NCBI GenBank assembly: GCA_040954595.2
Contig: CM082576.2
Span: forward strand, 15,981,028 to 16,045,027
Direction: 5' to 3'
DNA length: 64,000 nucleotides
DNA from: Balanoglossus misakiensis
Taxonomy: Eukaryota > Animalia > Hemichordata
The number at the start of each line of letters is the position of its first letter. Position 1 is the stretch's first letter. The notes beneath the pieces were generated by a model, which ran no database searches, was not told the DNA's origin, and saw only the letters and a list, made by a program, of their open reading frames with translations. A program made the position numbers and the translations under genes. This document shows positions 1 through 12,292 of the stretch, piece after piece.

Positions 1-332
1 CAGCGAAAATGCAAACTGAGAAAAACGGCTATTTGCATTGTTGACACCTATTTGTTAAGCTGTGAACTCATTCAGAAAAGTGCTATTTTGGGGTGATTAT
101 GCACCATTTCCGCCAAGACGTATTAGTCAGGTTGTGGGTCAGTATTAGGCCTACCGATTTATGTAAAAAAGTAAAATTTGGCAAAAATCACAACTTTTCA
201 TGCAATGCCACCTTAACTATCATTTCATAAAAATAGACAAAGAAAGTCAAGATTAGCTGTAGGCCAATTTGCATCGAGTAGACAGTTAAACATGAAAATC
301 GCAAATCATCTTAAGGTATTAAACCGCTTAGT

Positions 333-333
<1 letters not shown>

Positions 334-377
<44 letters not shown>
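334..377. repeat. Poly-T tract
   Basis: Uninterrupted run of about 44 T. Confidence 0.95.
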
Positions 378-379
<2 letters not shown>

Positions 380-938
380 ATTGTCGAATGGGCGGCAAAC
401 ATCCAGGGTGCCAAAGTAAATTTTAGAGCTGAAAGGGGATTCGTGTAAGGAGAGGGGGTTCACTTAATTTTCGGCCGTGTCCATTTGTCCATTCAGTTTA
501 TTTCAACGCGAGTGTCATGGTGTGTAAATTAATTCACTCTGGACTTTTTTCTTAAAAAACACCCGTCCCCAGTGGATGGTACTCTCTCACCTTTAGACCA
601 CATCATTAAACTTTCGTGTGATCCTTTGTAGTGCTGTGCCGAAAAGGGTCGTTTCTGACAGGCAATTTCCTCATAAAAGTTTATTCTTGTTCATGTTAAA
701 AGAGAAGAGAGGGGGAACTAAATCTGGCGATCTCTCTATGTCTGCGATACAATCAATCTTGAAAATGGTCATTTTAAAACAGAATCCAAGTCCTTCGAAC
801 CACCATGTTTTATTTATAAAAATGTCCACACAAGTACAATGTTTTTAGTCCACCTGACATTTCTCCAATGTTCGTGAGCGCCTAACGTGGCATTTCATAC
901 CGTCACACATTGTGTCTTCTGTAAGCTTGTGCTTGTAA

Positions 939-1123
939 AAAGTATAGTCACCTCCAATTTACATACGCTCATATATATGGCTGAAATGGCGTAGTTGAGC
1001 GTTCTAAAGAACATATGGTGGCGCTCTTTTTTCGCGTCTGCCACCCACTGAAAATCTGTGATTGGCTAGATCTCAATTTGCCATGGTAACTATAGCTAAT
1101 TTTCCATAGGTGACCGTATACCT
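939..1123. mobile_element. ~185-bp MITE, Kolobok-like (copy 1; left end decayed)
   Basis: Closely matches 60109-60293. Right end AGGTGACCGTATACCT is followed by TTAA. Left end is a degenerate AAGTATAGTCACCT. Confidence 0.7.
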
Positions 1124-1326
1124 TTAATGCCTCGTTTTCTTCTACGCCATTTTCTATACTACGTCGTGTTACTGTCTTACAATACAGACTTGCCTATAAA
1201 CGAGTAGGTGAAAAGTAATCACAATACATATTGAAGATACCATCTTTTGAAGGTCTCTTTTAGGTATGCTCGTTCGCTGGAGGGCACCTACGGGAAGAAT
1301 GTTCACTATCCCCGGAGAAAGTGTTT

Positions 1327-1553
1327 TCAGTCCGTGGTAAGACTGACCAAGAGTCGTCTCTCCAAATCCCAACCTTGCGTGACTCATTTAGATGTTATCC
1401 ACCGCCAAATATCCCTCTTACGCATCTGAAATCCAACCGACACTTTCCATAATACGTCCCGAACGTGCTGTATATCCTGATTTCACTTCCGTCGCCATAG
1501 TAGCAGACACTGTGGAACGGGTACTTGTCGTCAGGGACATCCAGATTAGTCCA
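1327..1553 (-). pseudogene. Terminal-exon fragment of a TauD/TfdA-family (clavaminate synthase/DdaC-like) dioxygenase
   Basis: Minus-strand translation across frameshifts and a stop: WTNLDVPDDKYPFH..YYGDGSEI / IQHVRDVLWKVSVGFQMRKRDILAVDNI*MSHARLGFG / RRLLVSLTTD*. It is colinear with the + strand exon at 5914-6214. Confidence 0.8.
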
Positions 1554-3250
1554 CATCAGGTGGTCTTTAAAGTACCAGGAGTGATGAGTGTTTATTGATA
1601 TGTCGAAAGGTTATCGTGGGATCGAGTTGACTTGAGTCAAGAACATGCGTCCGTTAAAAGATGCCATGTTGGTATTTTAAAATTGCATGGTGGCTAAAAA
1701 CGATAATCAGTAGCTTAGACGATCTCCCGGTTTCGCGTCATACGAGTCCTTACGCTGTGCTCGGGCCTGGTCATACCCCATCCTACTATCACATAAAAAA
1801 GATTAATTTCGAGGTGGTATTAAAAGTACGTCTAGGTCACTGAACCATCCTGCAATCGTTGTCACGTGAGCAGGGTTCCAGAATCGAGTTGGTCTGACTT
1901 TTAGGTCAATTCCACGTTGGTAAAATGTCCAGCACCTTTTATATAGTCATGGAGTAGCTCCATGGCACAGTTGTCTGCGCAACGCACACGAAAAGGGACC
2001 GGACTTTAGATTCTTATTTTGACATCTAGGTTAAAAGGTCAGAGGGTGTTTGAGTCAAACACAACAACAATGTCGGGCATTACCACCAGGGTAGAGACAA
2101 TGCGGTTACTTCAGTCTATCCTCCACAAAGCACTGAATAGTTCTGTGGTAGCCATTCCCTAAGCATATCTCGTCCCCGCTCCGCCAACGCCGGATGTGCT
2201 CCGAACTTCCAGTACAGCCAAAAGCTTGATGTTCCAGCCCAGAAAGTGCGGCGGCGGTTTTATCGGGGAGAAACTGCCTCCTGGGCGCTCTAACACCAGG
2301 AAACAAGTTCCCGAAATATCTAGCGAGTCCGAGGGGACAACTTCACGGCAATGTACGATGCCAGTCCGCCTGAGAGTGGTTCGACAGCCATTAGCGACTT
2401 TGCGAAAGGCGCCCGTGAGCGCGTCGAACGAGTTTTACACATTCACGGCGCCATTCTCTTCCGCGGTTTACCAATGCAAAATGGTGGCGTCGAATTCTCG
2501 CAGTTCATGCAGTGCCTTGGGTATACTGCTTTAGGCTGAACAAGAAACCATGGTTGTACAAAATACTAAAACGTAAAGAAGAACTTTAATGTTTGTGTTA
2601 TGTAGTCATGTAAAAAACATGTCATTTCTCACAAGGTTTTGCCATCGACGACGTAGGCAGTCATTCATAATGATTTCACAATTTCATCCCATGCACTGTT
2701 CTGTACGTGACATGATGACATTCGCAAAATAGCGAAGATTTTTCTAATTTTGGAAAGAAAACCAACCCCACTTCTCTCCATGCTCGGGTTTCTTCACTGA
2801 AAATAAAACAGACGTTGAGAAGTACATGGCAGACCACGGCAGGAATTATCGTTGGGAAGATGATGGCGCCCTCACATACTGGTGCAACCTCTCCGGGTTT
2901 GCAACTCATCCGAAAACGGGTGAGTTATATTAGTGTATGGACCAAAGGAGTTTACCGTGCACCCCAACCCCCCTCGAGTGTGCCTGTATTATTTACTGTC
3001 TGTTTGAAAAATAAAAGATATTGGCATTAAAAGTTTTGGGATGATCTCCCGTATGAACAAAGAGTGAGTTTTAAAACAGGAGATGACAAATCTACCCTCA
3101 AACCCTATCGGGGCACCGATAAGTTGTGAAAAGAACCACCACCGCCACCACCACCAACAACAACAACAATAACGACAACAAAAAATAACTATTCCTGAAT
3201 CGCAATCATAGAGAGGTATGAAAGCCAGTTGGGGACATGTACATACGCAA

Positions 3251-3655
3251 TAAATAAAAAATTATCTCGAGGTCTCGAGATAATTCCATTCGTTTTCCTG
3301 ACTTTTTATTTTTTTATCTCGAGATCTCGAGATAATTCCATTCGTTTTCCTGACTTTTTATTTTTTTTATCTCGAGATCTCGAGATAATTCAAGTTCGTT
3401 TTCCTGACTTTTTATTTTTTTATCTCGAGATCTCGAGATAATGCTATTCGTTTTCCCGACTTTTTATTTTTTTATCTCGAGATCTCGAGATAATTCCAAT
3501 TCGTTTTCCTGACTTTTTATTTTTTTATCTCGAGATCTCGAGATAATTCCAATTCGTTTTCCTGACTTTAATTTTTTTTATCTCGAGATCTCGAGATAAT
3601 TCAAGTTCGTTTTTCCGACTTTTTATTTTTTTTATCTCGAGATCTCGAGATAATT
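3251..3655 (+). repeat. Subterminal ~58-59-bp tandem repeats with palindromic core ATTATCTCGAGATCTCGAGATAAT
   Basis: About 7 units read directly. An inverted copy with about 5 units lies at 5402-5690. Confidence 0.95.
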
Positions 3656-4048
3656 CTCTCTAAAGAGGGCGGTGTGTTGGTAGGGAGACTGTCCAGAGAG
3701 GACCATGCATCGATATCGGTCCAGAGAGGGACATGCATCGATATCGGTACGGAGAATTGGCAAGCAAGCACTCAGTGTATTCAATGGTATAGGAGTGATC
3801 GTCGGTTTCAGAGCTGCATGCTGCATCGTATCATCAGACTGAGTGCATGAGTCTTGGTAATTAGTTGACATTCAACTTCGTAATATTTATAATTACTAGT
3901 TATACGTACTGGGACAAATTACCGAAGTCTTGGCCTGAGATTACTTTCCAAGTTGGCAAGAAAACTGACTCAGTGGTAAAGTTACTAAACAATTGGTTTC
4001 AATATTATACTTTATTCATTATCATTATACGATAATTCCTTTTATCTA

Positions 4049-4419
4049 ATGCGACAATTAACATTCCTCCTCTATCGAACAGAGAACGTCGCCATGGAAA
4101 GAGATGATATAATCCGTATCTATTTCAACATGGGCTTCAACTACAGTGAAATCCTGGCTACTTTAGCTGTCAATCATAACGTTGTCATTAGTATGCGTCA
4201 TCTTAAAAGATTACTGAAGAAACTCGGACTTTTCAGACGGAAGTACTATTCAGACATCAATGAGGTAATAACATTTCTGAGAGAAGAGGTTGACAAATTA
4301 TAGCAGGATACTTCATCAAAGAAGTTGAAAGTCTGAAATCTTGCCCCCAAAACATGCGAGCGGATAGAGGCACAGAAAATGGACATGTTGAACAGTTCCA
4401 GAAGTTTCTAACAAATGAT
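4049..4419 (+). pseudogene. IS3EU-type transposase fragment, left arm (internally deleted)
   Basis: MERDDIIRIYFNMGFNYSEILA..LGLFRRK..EEVDK is joined directly to IAGYFIKEVESLKSCPQNMRADRGTENGHVEQFQKFL (second catalytic D motif DRGTEN). Confidence 0.8.
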
Positions 4420-4432
4420 AAAAGCAGTTGTC

Positions 4433-5008
4433 ATCATTTGTTAGAAACTGCTATAATCTTCGGATCACTGTTGGTGTGATAAGCTTGAGCCCAAATTACA
4501 CGCCTGGAAAACCCGTCTATACACCCATTGATTGCTATTCCGTAAGGGGAAAGTTTGTCATACGAATCTAGGTGCCACATATAGTTCGGCCCAGGAGACC
4601 CATACTTGCGACGGCGTAGACTAGACGACGTCTCTTTCTTAATTCCACACCTATGGGGTCAATGACCTGGAGTAACAACCGCACACTCTCCCTGTCGATA
4701 ACCAATCCTCTCTGGACACACTTTAAATGCATCCACCGATAGCCGTGGAGTCTTCCAGATTTGTCAACCTCTTCTCTCAGAAATGTTATTACCTCATTGA
4801 TGTCTGAATGGTACTTCCGTCTGAAAAGTCCGAGTTTCTTCAGTAATCTTTTAAGATGACGCATACTAATGACAACGTTATGATTGACAGCTAAAGTAGC
4901 CAGGATTTCACTGTAGTTGAAGCCCATGTTGAAATAGATACGGATTATATCATCTCTTTCCAAGGTGACGTTATCTGTTCGATAGAGGAGGAATGTTAAT
5001 TGTCGCAT
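4433..5008 (-). pseudogene. IS3EU-type transposase fragment, right arm
   Basis: Same N-terminus, then SGRLHGYRWMH..RESVRLLLQVIDPIGVELR, a 5-bp duplication (TAGAC TAGAC at 4617-4626) that shifts frame, then RRRKYGSPGPNYMWHLDSYDKLSPYGIAINGCIDGFSRRVIW (first catalytic D region). Confidence 0.85.
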
Positions 5009-5401
5009 TAGATAAAAGGAATTATCGTATAATGATAATGAATAAAGTATAATATGGAAACCAATTGTTTAGTAACTTTACCACTGAGTCAGTTTTCTTG
5101 CCAACTTGGAAAGTAATCTCAGGCCAAGACTTCGGTAATTTGTCCCAGTACGTATAACTAGTAATTATAAATATTACGAAGTTGAAATGTCAACTAATTA
5201 CCAAGACTCATGCACTCAGTCTGATGATACGATGCAGCATGCAGCTCTGAAACCGACGATCACTCCTACCATTGAATACACTGAGTGCTTGCTTGCCAAT
5301 TCTCCGTACCGATATCGATGCATGTCCCTCTCTGGACCGATATCGATGCATGGTCCTCTCTGGACAGTCTCCCTACCAACACACCGCCCTCTTTAGAGAG
5401 A

Positions 5402-5690
5402 ATTATCTCGAGATCTCGAGATAAAAAAAATAAAAAGTCGGAAAAACGAACTTGAATTATCTCGAGATCTCGAGATAAAAAAAATTAAAGTCAGGAAAAC
5501 GAATTGGAATTATCTCGAGATCTCAAGATAAAAAAATAAAAAGTCAGGAAAACGAATTGGAATTATCTCGAGATCTCGAGATAAAAAAATAAAAAGTCGG
5601 GAAAACGAATAGCATTATCTCGAGATCTCGAGATAAAAAAATAAAAAGTCAGGAAAACGAATGGAATTATCTCGAGATCTCGAGATAATT
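5402..5690 (-). repeat. Subterminal tandem repeats, inverted copy of 3251-3655
   Basis: Reverse complement of the left array, with fewer units. Confidence 0.95.
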
Positions 5691-6844
5691 TTTTATTTAT
5701 TGCGTATGTACATGTCCCCAACTGGCTTTCATAGAGAGGGGAGTGAGTAGGGACAGGTAGTAAAACGTGTTACGTTTATGGCTCATTTTGAGGCAAAAAT
5801 ACCTTTAATATCAAATGAATGATGATTTTTAAATCATGGGACCGATTTGGACTGAAATGCCTTTTCATTAAAATTACCTTTTTGTGACAAGACGTGCATT
5901 GAATTTTATTGCAGGGCAAGGAGTATGGTTCAATCAAATAAATACTCATCACGGCTTCTATTTTGGGTATCATCGCAATTGGGCTCACCTCGACATCCAC
6001 GTGGAGAAGTACCCCCTTTCACTGTTACTATGGAGATGGAAGCGAAATCGAACCCGAGGCTTTACAGCACGTGCGAGAAGTGTTGTGGGAAGTGTCTGTT
6101 GGATTTCAGATGCAGACGTGTGACAGTCTGGCGAAGGATAACCTGTATGAAGGTCATTCAAGGTTGGGGTTTTACGGAGAGAGACGATTCTTGGTCAGCC
6201 TTACCACGGACTGAAGGGGAACTCTATTTTAATTTGGGACTTTCCTGGACTGCGGTAACTTTCTGTTGCCTCCCTAGAATACACCGTTTAAGCTGGTTTG
6301 TGTTTTAACACGTCTATTAAGACCAAAACCAACGTCAGCTTTGCACTTTAAACTGGACAATTTGTTTATGAATTAAAAATTGGCCGGTAAAACTAACGTA
6401 AAATCTTTAGTTTTGACAACATGATTATACAATCAACCAAGATCAGATGCCTTCCTTGTGTATCCAGAGACTAATCTTCTTCAATCAATGTCTCTAGATT
6501 GGAGGATCAGGTTATAGGTCAAGGTGTGTTGAGAAAGAAACTCTGAATAAAACATTAAAGTTCTTCGACGGAGGAGTCGATGGTTTACAAACCTGGCAAA
6601 ATAGAGACTGGCATATAGTGTTTCCGTCAGTATAGTCATTTGGGCCTAATTTTCTCATATTGTTCTAATTGTGAACAACAGTTTTATTTTCAAGTGTCCA
6701 AATTCCGCTAAGTGTTAGATGCATGGCCGGACCCCATGACTAAGACTCTCTACGTTTATATTACGCTGTATAACAAGAGAAATGACTTCGAGTTCACTAT
6801 CACCATTTCCCAAACACCCTTCTATTTGGTGTGTTGCATAGAGC

Positions 6845-7372
6845 CAATATATTTTGTCAATTAAAGAATAGCCCATGCCTTGAAAATTATTTATTTAATG
6901 TTAAAATTAACAAACATAGAAAGGCCCTTTCACAGATACGATGTTCCGGCCACCAGCTTTCTATTGAAACTGGCCGCAGCAAAGGTCTGGACAGGTCTGA
7001 AAGGTTATGTGAAATTTGTAATACATGTATCGTTGAAGACGAATATCATTTTCTTTTTGAATGTACGCTTTATCAAAATCTTAGGGAGAAATATTTACCA
7101 AAGTGTTTTACAAGATATCATTATCAAGCAAATATGGTCAAACTTTTCACCTCAGGTGATACCAATATTATAAATAACCTGGCAAAATATGTATATCAAG
7201 CATTCGAATTGCGGAAAGAAGCACTAAATTTGTAATAGTTTGTAATACTCTGTCTAAATGTTTTGTATAGTTTTGTGGTGCAATCAAATCAAGTTTTTAC
7301 CTATGTATCATTTTGATGTACTAAATGCAATGGGCCGGTGGCCTTTATGCAAATAAATATTATTATTATATA
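6845..7372 (+). mobile_element. 5'-truncated non-LTR retrotransposon (LINE), ORF2 C-terminus and 3' UTR
   Basis: ORF 6831-7235 has RKALSQIRCSGHQLSIETGR..RSERLCEIC..VEDEYHFLFECTLY (C-terminal CCHC-type motif of LINE ORF2). It is followed by AATAAA and a (TAT)n tail at ~7352-7372. Confidence 0.85.
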
Positions 7373-10128
7373 TTCGGAGAATGTATTGGTTGTTTAGATT
7401 TAGGCCATGCTACTTTTCTTACCACGAAGGTGTCCTCGAAGTGTAATTCGACCACCTGACGAGGCGGCGCTCGACCACACAACTGTGATAACATCGACAT
7501 GGATGTCTGAAATGAGTCGTTATCACAACAGCGCCATCAATGCAAGAAAAATGCACTGTCGTGACCGTGTGCTCAAAGATGAACGGTCGATATCGCGGAG
7601 CCTGGTGACCACGTCATGTTTATAGATAACCTATGCCCAGGCACAGACATACAGATTTGCCTGATATCACAGAACGCCAGTGCTTTGTGACTTTGCTTAA
7701 ATACCACATATGATAGGAAACGTATGTATTTGTATTCTCCACCCGAAATCTCTGAGGTGAAAATTTTAATTACTCCACCTGTATGTTCACCACCCTTTGG
7801 CCACCACTGGTTCAACACAGAGAAACAAAACGTCTCAGGTCAGTTATCGAGAAAGCTATAAATCAAACGTCAACACAATACCGTTTTCTGTGACACCCCC
7901 TCTTGAAAATTCTAAGGCCGGTTAAACAACGTTGCTACTTGTACTTTGCTCTTCTATCAAATGTTAAGTGCGCACAATCGACAAAGTTCGGCCACAGTTC
8001 AGACAAAACTAAATCACTTGATCTTTCTGTACCGCGCCTGACCGTTCGTCATACTGCTATTTTCGGAATGCTCGGAAAGCTACGCGACATCTCCGATCTT
8101 ATCGTCAATTGCACCAAGCTTACACTCTTGTAAAGATTTAATGATTGGATTTTTTCTCCTGGCCTATGAAAAAACATGGGGCCCTCAATTTCGACATTTG
8201 AACGAGATATTTTACATGGACATGAGCACAATTATTATCGGAGTGTAAATGCTGCCATGTACTGGCAGGGGTACACCGTCCTGTTTTTGGCTTTGAAACG
8301 TGCTCACAAAGTGGAAACAAAATTTAACCCTAACACGGGGAAACGACTAACCAAGTGCGCATTTCCTTCATGAATGCTCTATGTAGAAAATGGCCACTGT
8401 TCGCCTTGTTGTGCACCTGTTTATAGAGTTGGCTTGTACACATGAGTTCTTTCGGAGCTGGCCTGGAACAATGCTGCATTGAAGGAGGCATAACGCTGAA
8501 AATATTTCGCTTTATTTCCCCCTTAGATATAATGCAAAATACACAAACAGCTTAGTGCCTCGATCACACTCGAAATGCCAGAGTGACTGTTTCCAAAGAT
8601 ACAATGCTATGTTACGCCCCCTGTTGATTCATTTGTGTCTGGATTTCAGTTGGCCGCATTTTCGAAACTGCTATAGTAATTCACGTATATCAGTACCTGC
8701 CCCGATTCCTCAACGTCATATAAGAGAATAAGCCACGATTCAAACGTCTGTAAGTTCTGAATGTCCATCGCTTTATTTCTTATTTCGCTTAATCCTTAAA
8801 TGATATATTACAATCACCAGTCACGGTGAGTAGACCGTATTGCTACAAAATGAACGCTTGTTAATCGTTTATAAAAGTAAATGGTACATAACTGAATTGT
8901 ATTTTCTGATTCTAAAGGTCAGTTTTGTCATGAGATGCTTGAACAAGCCAAGATTTTATTTTAATTCAAGGTCCTACTCCGGAGATGATCTCATCACCAA
9001 CAGAAGTGGTGGCGCCCGTCACGCGACCCTATCATACGCCTTGCTAATTTGTCGACATGTAATAATTAGTTTGGATAAGAAGTGATTGCGCACGAAAATA
9101 AATAAATAAATAACTAGGATGACGACACTGTTTGAAACTGTGCCCTCATTAAGGCAACCTCCAGTTACAAGTTACTGTCCGTGAGTACAAATAAATCTGG
9201 GTGAGAAGGGTTCACTGAACGTTCATTCGGTCACAGGCGACAGTTTGACAATAACATGTTGTCAATATTTTACGTTGACGATTTCGATCCGTATGTCATG
9301 CTATCAGATGTTGCTGTAGCAAAATACAACAGGACACATTGAGAGAAGGACATGCGCAGGTAACGAGAGACGGAGACAAGCACAACTTATCACGGCAGCA
9401 AACATCCCCGGCAGTGTCGTATTTCCATAATGTCCATCTGGCCCAGAAATCATTTTTTCGAGGAAATCACACACAAAGCTTCGTTTATCTAAAGAAGAAA
9501 ACAAAAAATAAGATGACTCGTGTCGTTTACTAGTACAGATGGCGTAAAATATGATATAGTAATCTGCCATTGGTGATTGTCAAGTTTTTCCAATGAAGGA
9601 ATTATGTCTATGTAATCGCTCTCCCATTTTTTTAAAACCCTGTGGTAAATGTAAGCCCTCGGGAGATACATAATACCACTATGCAATCCTGTAATAAACT
9701 GGCTGTAAATCTCTTAGTTCAAGTTAGTGGGCGAAGCATCTGTTTTTGCTTAAAGCAAGTTACGGTTTTGACAAACTTCACAATAAAATTAGAATACAAT
9801 GCAACACGCATGTCAGAGTTCGGGTCAAAAATTCGATGGAATAAATGGCTACATTGTGTGGACGGCATTTAATTGTTTATTAACCTGTTATTTTTTGATA
9901 GTTGAACGTCCGGTTCCCCTTTCAGCGCTGCAACATGCACACAGATATCACATAATAACTAAACACTAAGACTCAGTGTTCAGAAAATTACTCGATGTGA
10001 GAAATACCTGTACTGTTATTGAGAAACGTTTAAACAAAAATAAAAACGAAATATATACTTCAAACAGTCCTTATGTTTAAGCTGTGCCGTTTGCAAATGC
10101 TACAGATAGACACAAACACTTGTTAAAT

Positions 10129-11050
10129 AATAACACATGATAGCGAGGGCTGGTGATCTCTGACCATAATATTGATGATACCCTCGCCTGCGGCTCGGGC
10201 ATCATCAATATTATAGTCAGAGATCACCATCCCTCGTGCAGGCTTCAAATCGTGATGCTGCCCGAGCATCATGTGTTATTAATTTTATTACGCCGAACAT
10301 TTGAACGTACATACAAGGCAGGCATAGAAGAACGTAGACGCGCGTCCATATGTCGTACGTTGCTGAGAATGTAAAATGTCTCGATCTCCCAAGAATTATA
10401 CGATACCTACTTCGAACTTAGATTATTTTGAAAATACTGCACTGTTGGTTGCGATTTTGTTGTATTTACTGTCTGTTTATGGTAAAATATCGTCCAGTTG
10501 GAACAGGTGTTAAGCCTATGTGTCGCTTTGAAGCCATAGATGCGGGAGTTGACTGATCGTGGAGGAAGCCATTCTTTACTATCAATCACGTGATCTGGCC
10601 ATGTGTCCCATGTCGCTGGCATTTCCAGATGACGGGCAAGCAATATTTCGGCATCTAGTAAAAGTTTTTCCCAGTATGTTTTTACTTTAGAACCGCCAAA
10701 CACGTAACATGTATCAGGTATGGTGCCTCATCAGCCTCATTGCATTTCGTTTGCACAGTTTTCTCTGCACCATGTAAGTCCACGTTGCTGAAGTTGCCCT
10801 TCATCTGGAAATTTTAATTCGAACGTAACTGCCGCCTGAGCGCGTCTGACGTCATTTGATATCAAAGAATTGAACGACAGTTTGGAACGCGCAGAAGTCG
10901 CGCGCAGAACACAAAACAACCCAGCGGGCAATATCAGCGCACGCGACAGGGCTTTATCAACTCTAGCCATGTTATATCACTTTTTTTTCTATATCACGTG
11001 AGCGCGTCTCAGCCAATCACGAATATGGTATAATACGTGAGGTGTAATAA
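10129..11050. mobile_element. Non-autonomous element with a long 5' hairpin and a second inverted-repeat pair (possibly Crypton-like)
   Basis: AATAACACATGAT (10129) pairs with ATCATGTGTTATT (ends 10280) around an inner stem of ~40 bp. The adjacent TTATTACGCC (10285) pairs with GGTGTAATAA (11041-11050). Confidence 0.5.
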
Positions 11051-11053
11051 TTA

Positions 11054-11605
11054 AGCAATAACCCCCGCCGCAGGCGGGTATACACGAGATTTGGGTACAA
11101 TTCGAGACATATAGCACGAGCCGTCAGGCGAGTGCTATATGGAGCGAATTGTACCCAAATCGAGTGTTTACCCGACTGAGGCGGGGGTTATTGCTATTAT
11201 ATTATATCAGCAATTGTTTTCGTGGCATATCAGTGTCATTTTCTTACCGAAACGGCGTCAGAAAGAGAAATTACGATCGTGAACCAACATGGCGACGACG
11301 AATGTAAACACGAGCGGCCGGGATCGAGCATTAAACATGAAGCAGACGGGCATCGCGCATGGCAAAGTGACAAATATATCCACAGAGCAGTTCCAAAATA
11401 AAACGTCCGTTAATTCAACATTATTTTTGTTTTATTTATTTGGTTTAAACACGCGCGACTGTGGTTTAACCGCACATTTTGCTGCTGTGTGCTAGTTCAG
11501 GGGCCCGTTTTACCACTGCTAGCCATGGTAAAACAGTATTTTACCATGGCTTGATTCAGCTCTCGTCCAATCAGAATTGCGGACGGTAGCATGATATAAT
11601 ATAAT
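11054..11605. mobile_element. Second non-autonomous element with the same architecture
   Basis: Imperfect ~140-bp hairpin at 11054-11195 (AGCAATAACCCCCGCC...GGCGGGGGTTATTGCT). ATTATATTATATC (11196) then pairs with GATATAATATAAT (11593-11605). Confidence 0.55.
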
Positions 11606-12292
11606 TTATATTAAATCATGGCGTTATTGTTTGTTCTCCATCACGTGACGAGAAGCAGCCAGTTAAAGTTTGTATACAAGTTCGTTGTAGGTCAGTGTAA
11701 AATTGCCATGACATGTGATTTAAGGATCCTGTTGCGACGTTAATATGTGGCAACATATTTTGTAAGTATCACAGTTTTCTTTCCAAGATTTGAATTCCAG
11801 AAAATGGCACGTATCTAAGCTTTTCTGGCGTTGAAATATAATCTACTCTTTCCATGTGAATGCGTCGGAAAATGTCGGTGATATGGACCAATATCAGATG
11901 ACGTAAACGTACAAAATGTCGTGCCATACCTGTTTGTGTGACAGCACTCCAGTTCCTGTATCCATACATGTGGCATTTCGACCAGAATCCGGGTAATCAC
12001 AACTTCGAGGGTAACCGTGTGGTTTGTTCTTCGGGTTGCCGTGGTTCATTGTATCACTTCGTTGTTTTTTTCAGGCAGTTGTGAAAGTTGAACATGCAAC
12101 CCTTGCAGTGCACTTGACCCAGAAGGGACTGGCCAAACGGTTGTGTGCATGGTGGAGAGTGTTCTGGAGACGTAAGACATATATACACAACCAAAGTTTA
12201 ACATGTGTGTAGCTGTCATGCAGCATGTATGTAACAGCCATGCAGAATATCAATGTAACTAGAAAGTAGCCGCAGTATGTAACATGGCACAC

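Larger units (their letters stand above)
3217..5733. mobile_element. Foldback (palindromic) non-autonomous IS3EU-type DNA transposon
   Basis: Termini TATGAAAGCCAGTTGGGG...CCCCAACTGGCTTTCATA. 6-bp TSD GAGAGG at 3211-3216 and 5734-5739. ~1-kb inverted arms each carry the 5' part of an IS3-like DDE transposase. Confidence 0.85.
2070..6214 (+). pseudogene. TauD/TfdA-family 2-oxoglutarate/Fe(II) dioxygenase pseudogene (DdaC/clavaminate synthase-like)
   Basis: Exon remnants: ~2070-2540 (ARERVERVLHIHGAILFRGLP..EFSQFMQCLGY); ~2635-2919 (FFTENKTDVEKYMADHGRNYRWEDDGALTYWCNLSGFATHPKT, then GTGAGT donor); 5914-6214 (VWFNQINTHH..KYP / FHCYYGDGSEIEPEALQHVREVLW..DNLYEGHSRLGFYGERRFLVSLTTD*). In-frame TAA at 2160 and several frameshifts. 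No HxD/E iron-binding exon found. Confidence 0.85.

Noticed and set aside
3251-3655. CRISPR-like 24-bp palindromic repeat with ~35-bp spacers
   Set aside because: The spacers are near-identical to each other. It is a simple tandem repeat inside a transposon arm.
7400-9900. Short ORFs as possible host exons (for example 8176-8373 and 9339-9533)
   Set aside because: I found no recognisable motif and no consistent splice chain.
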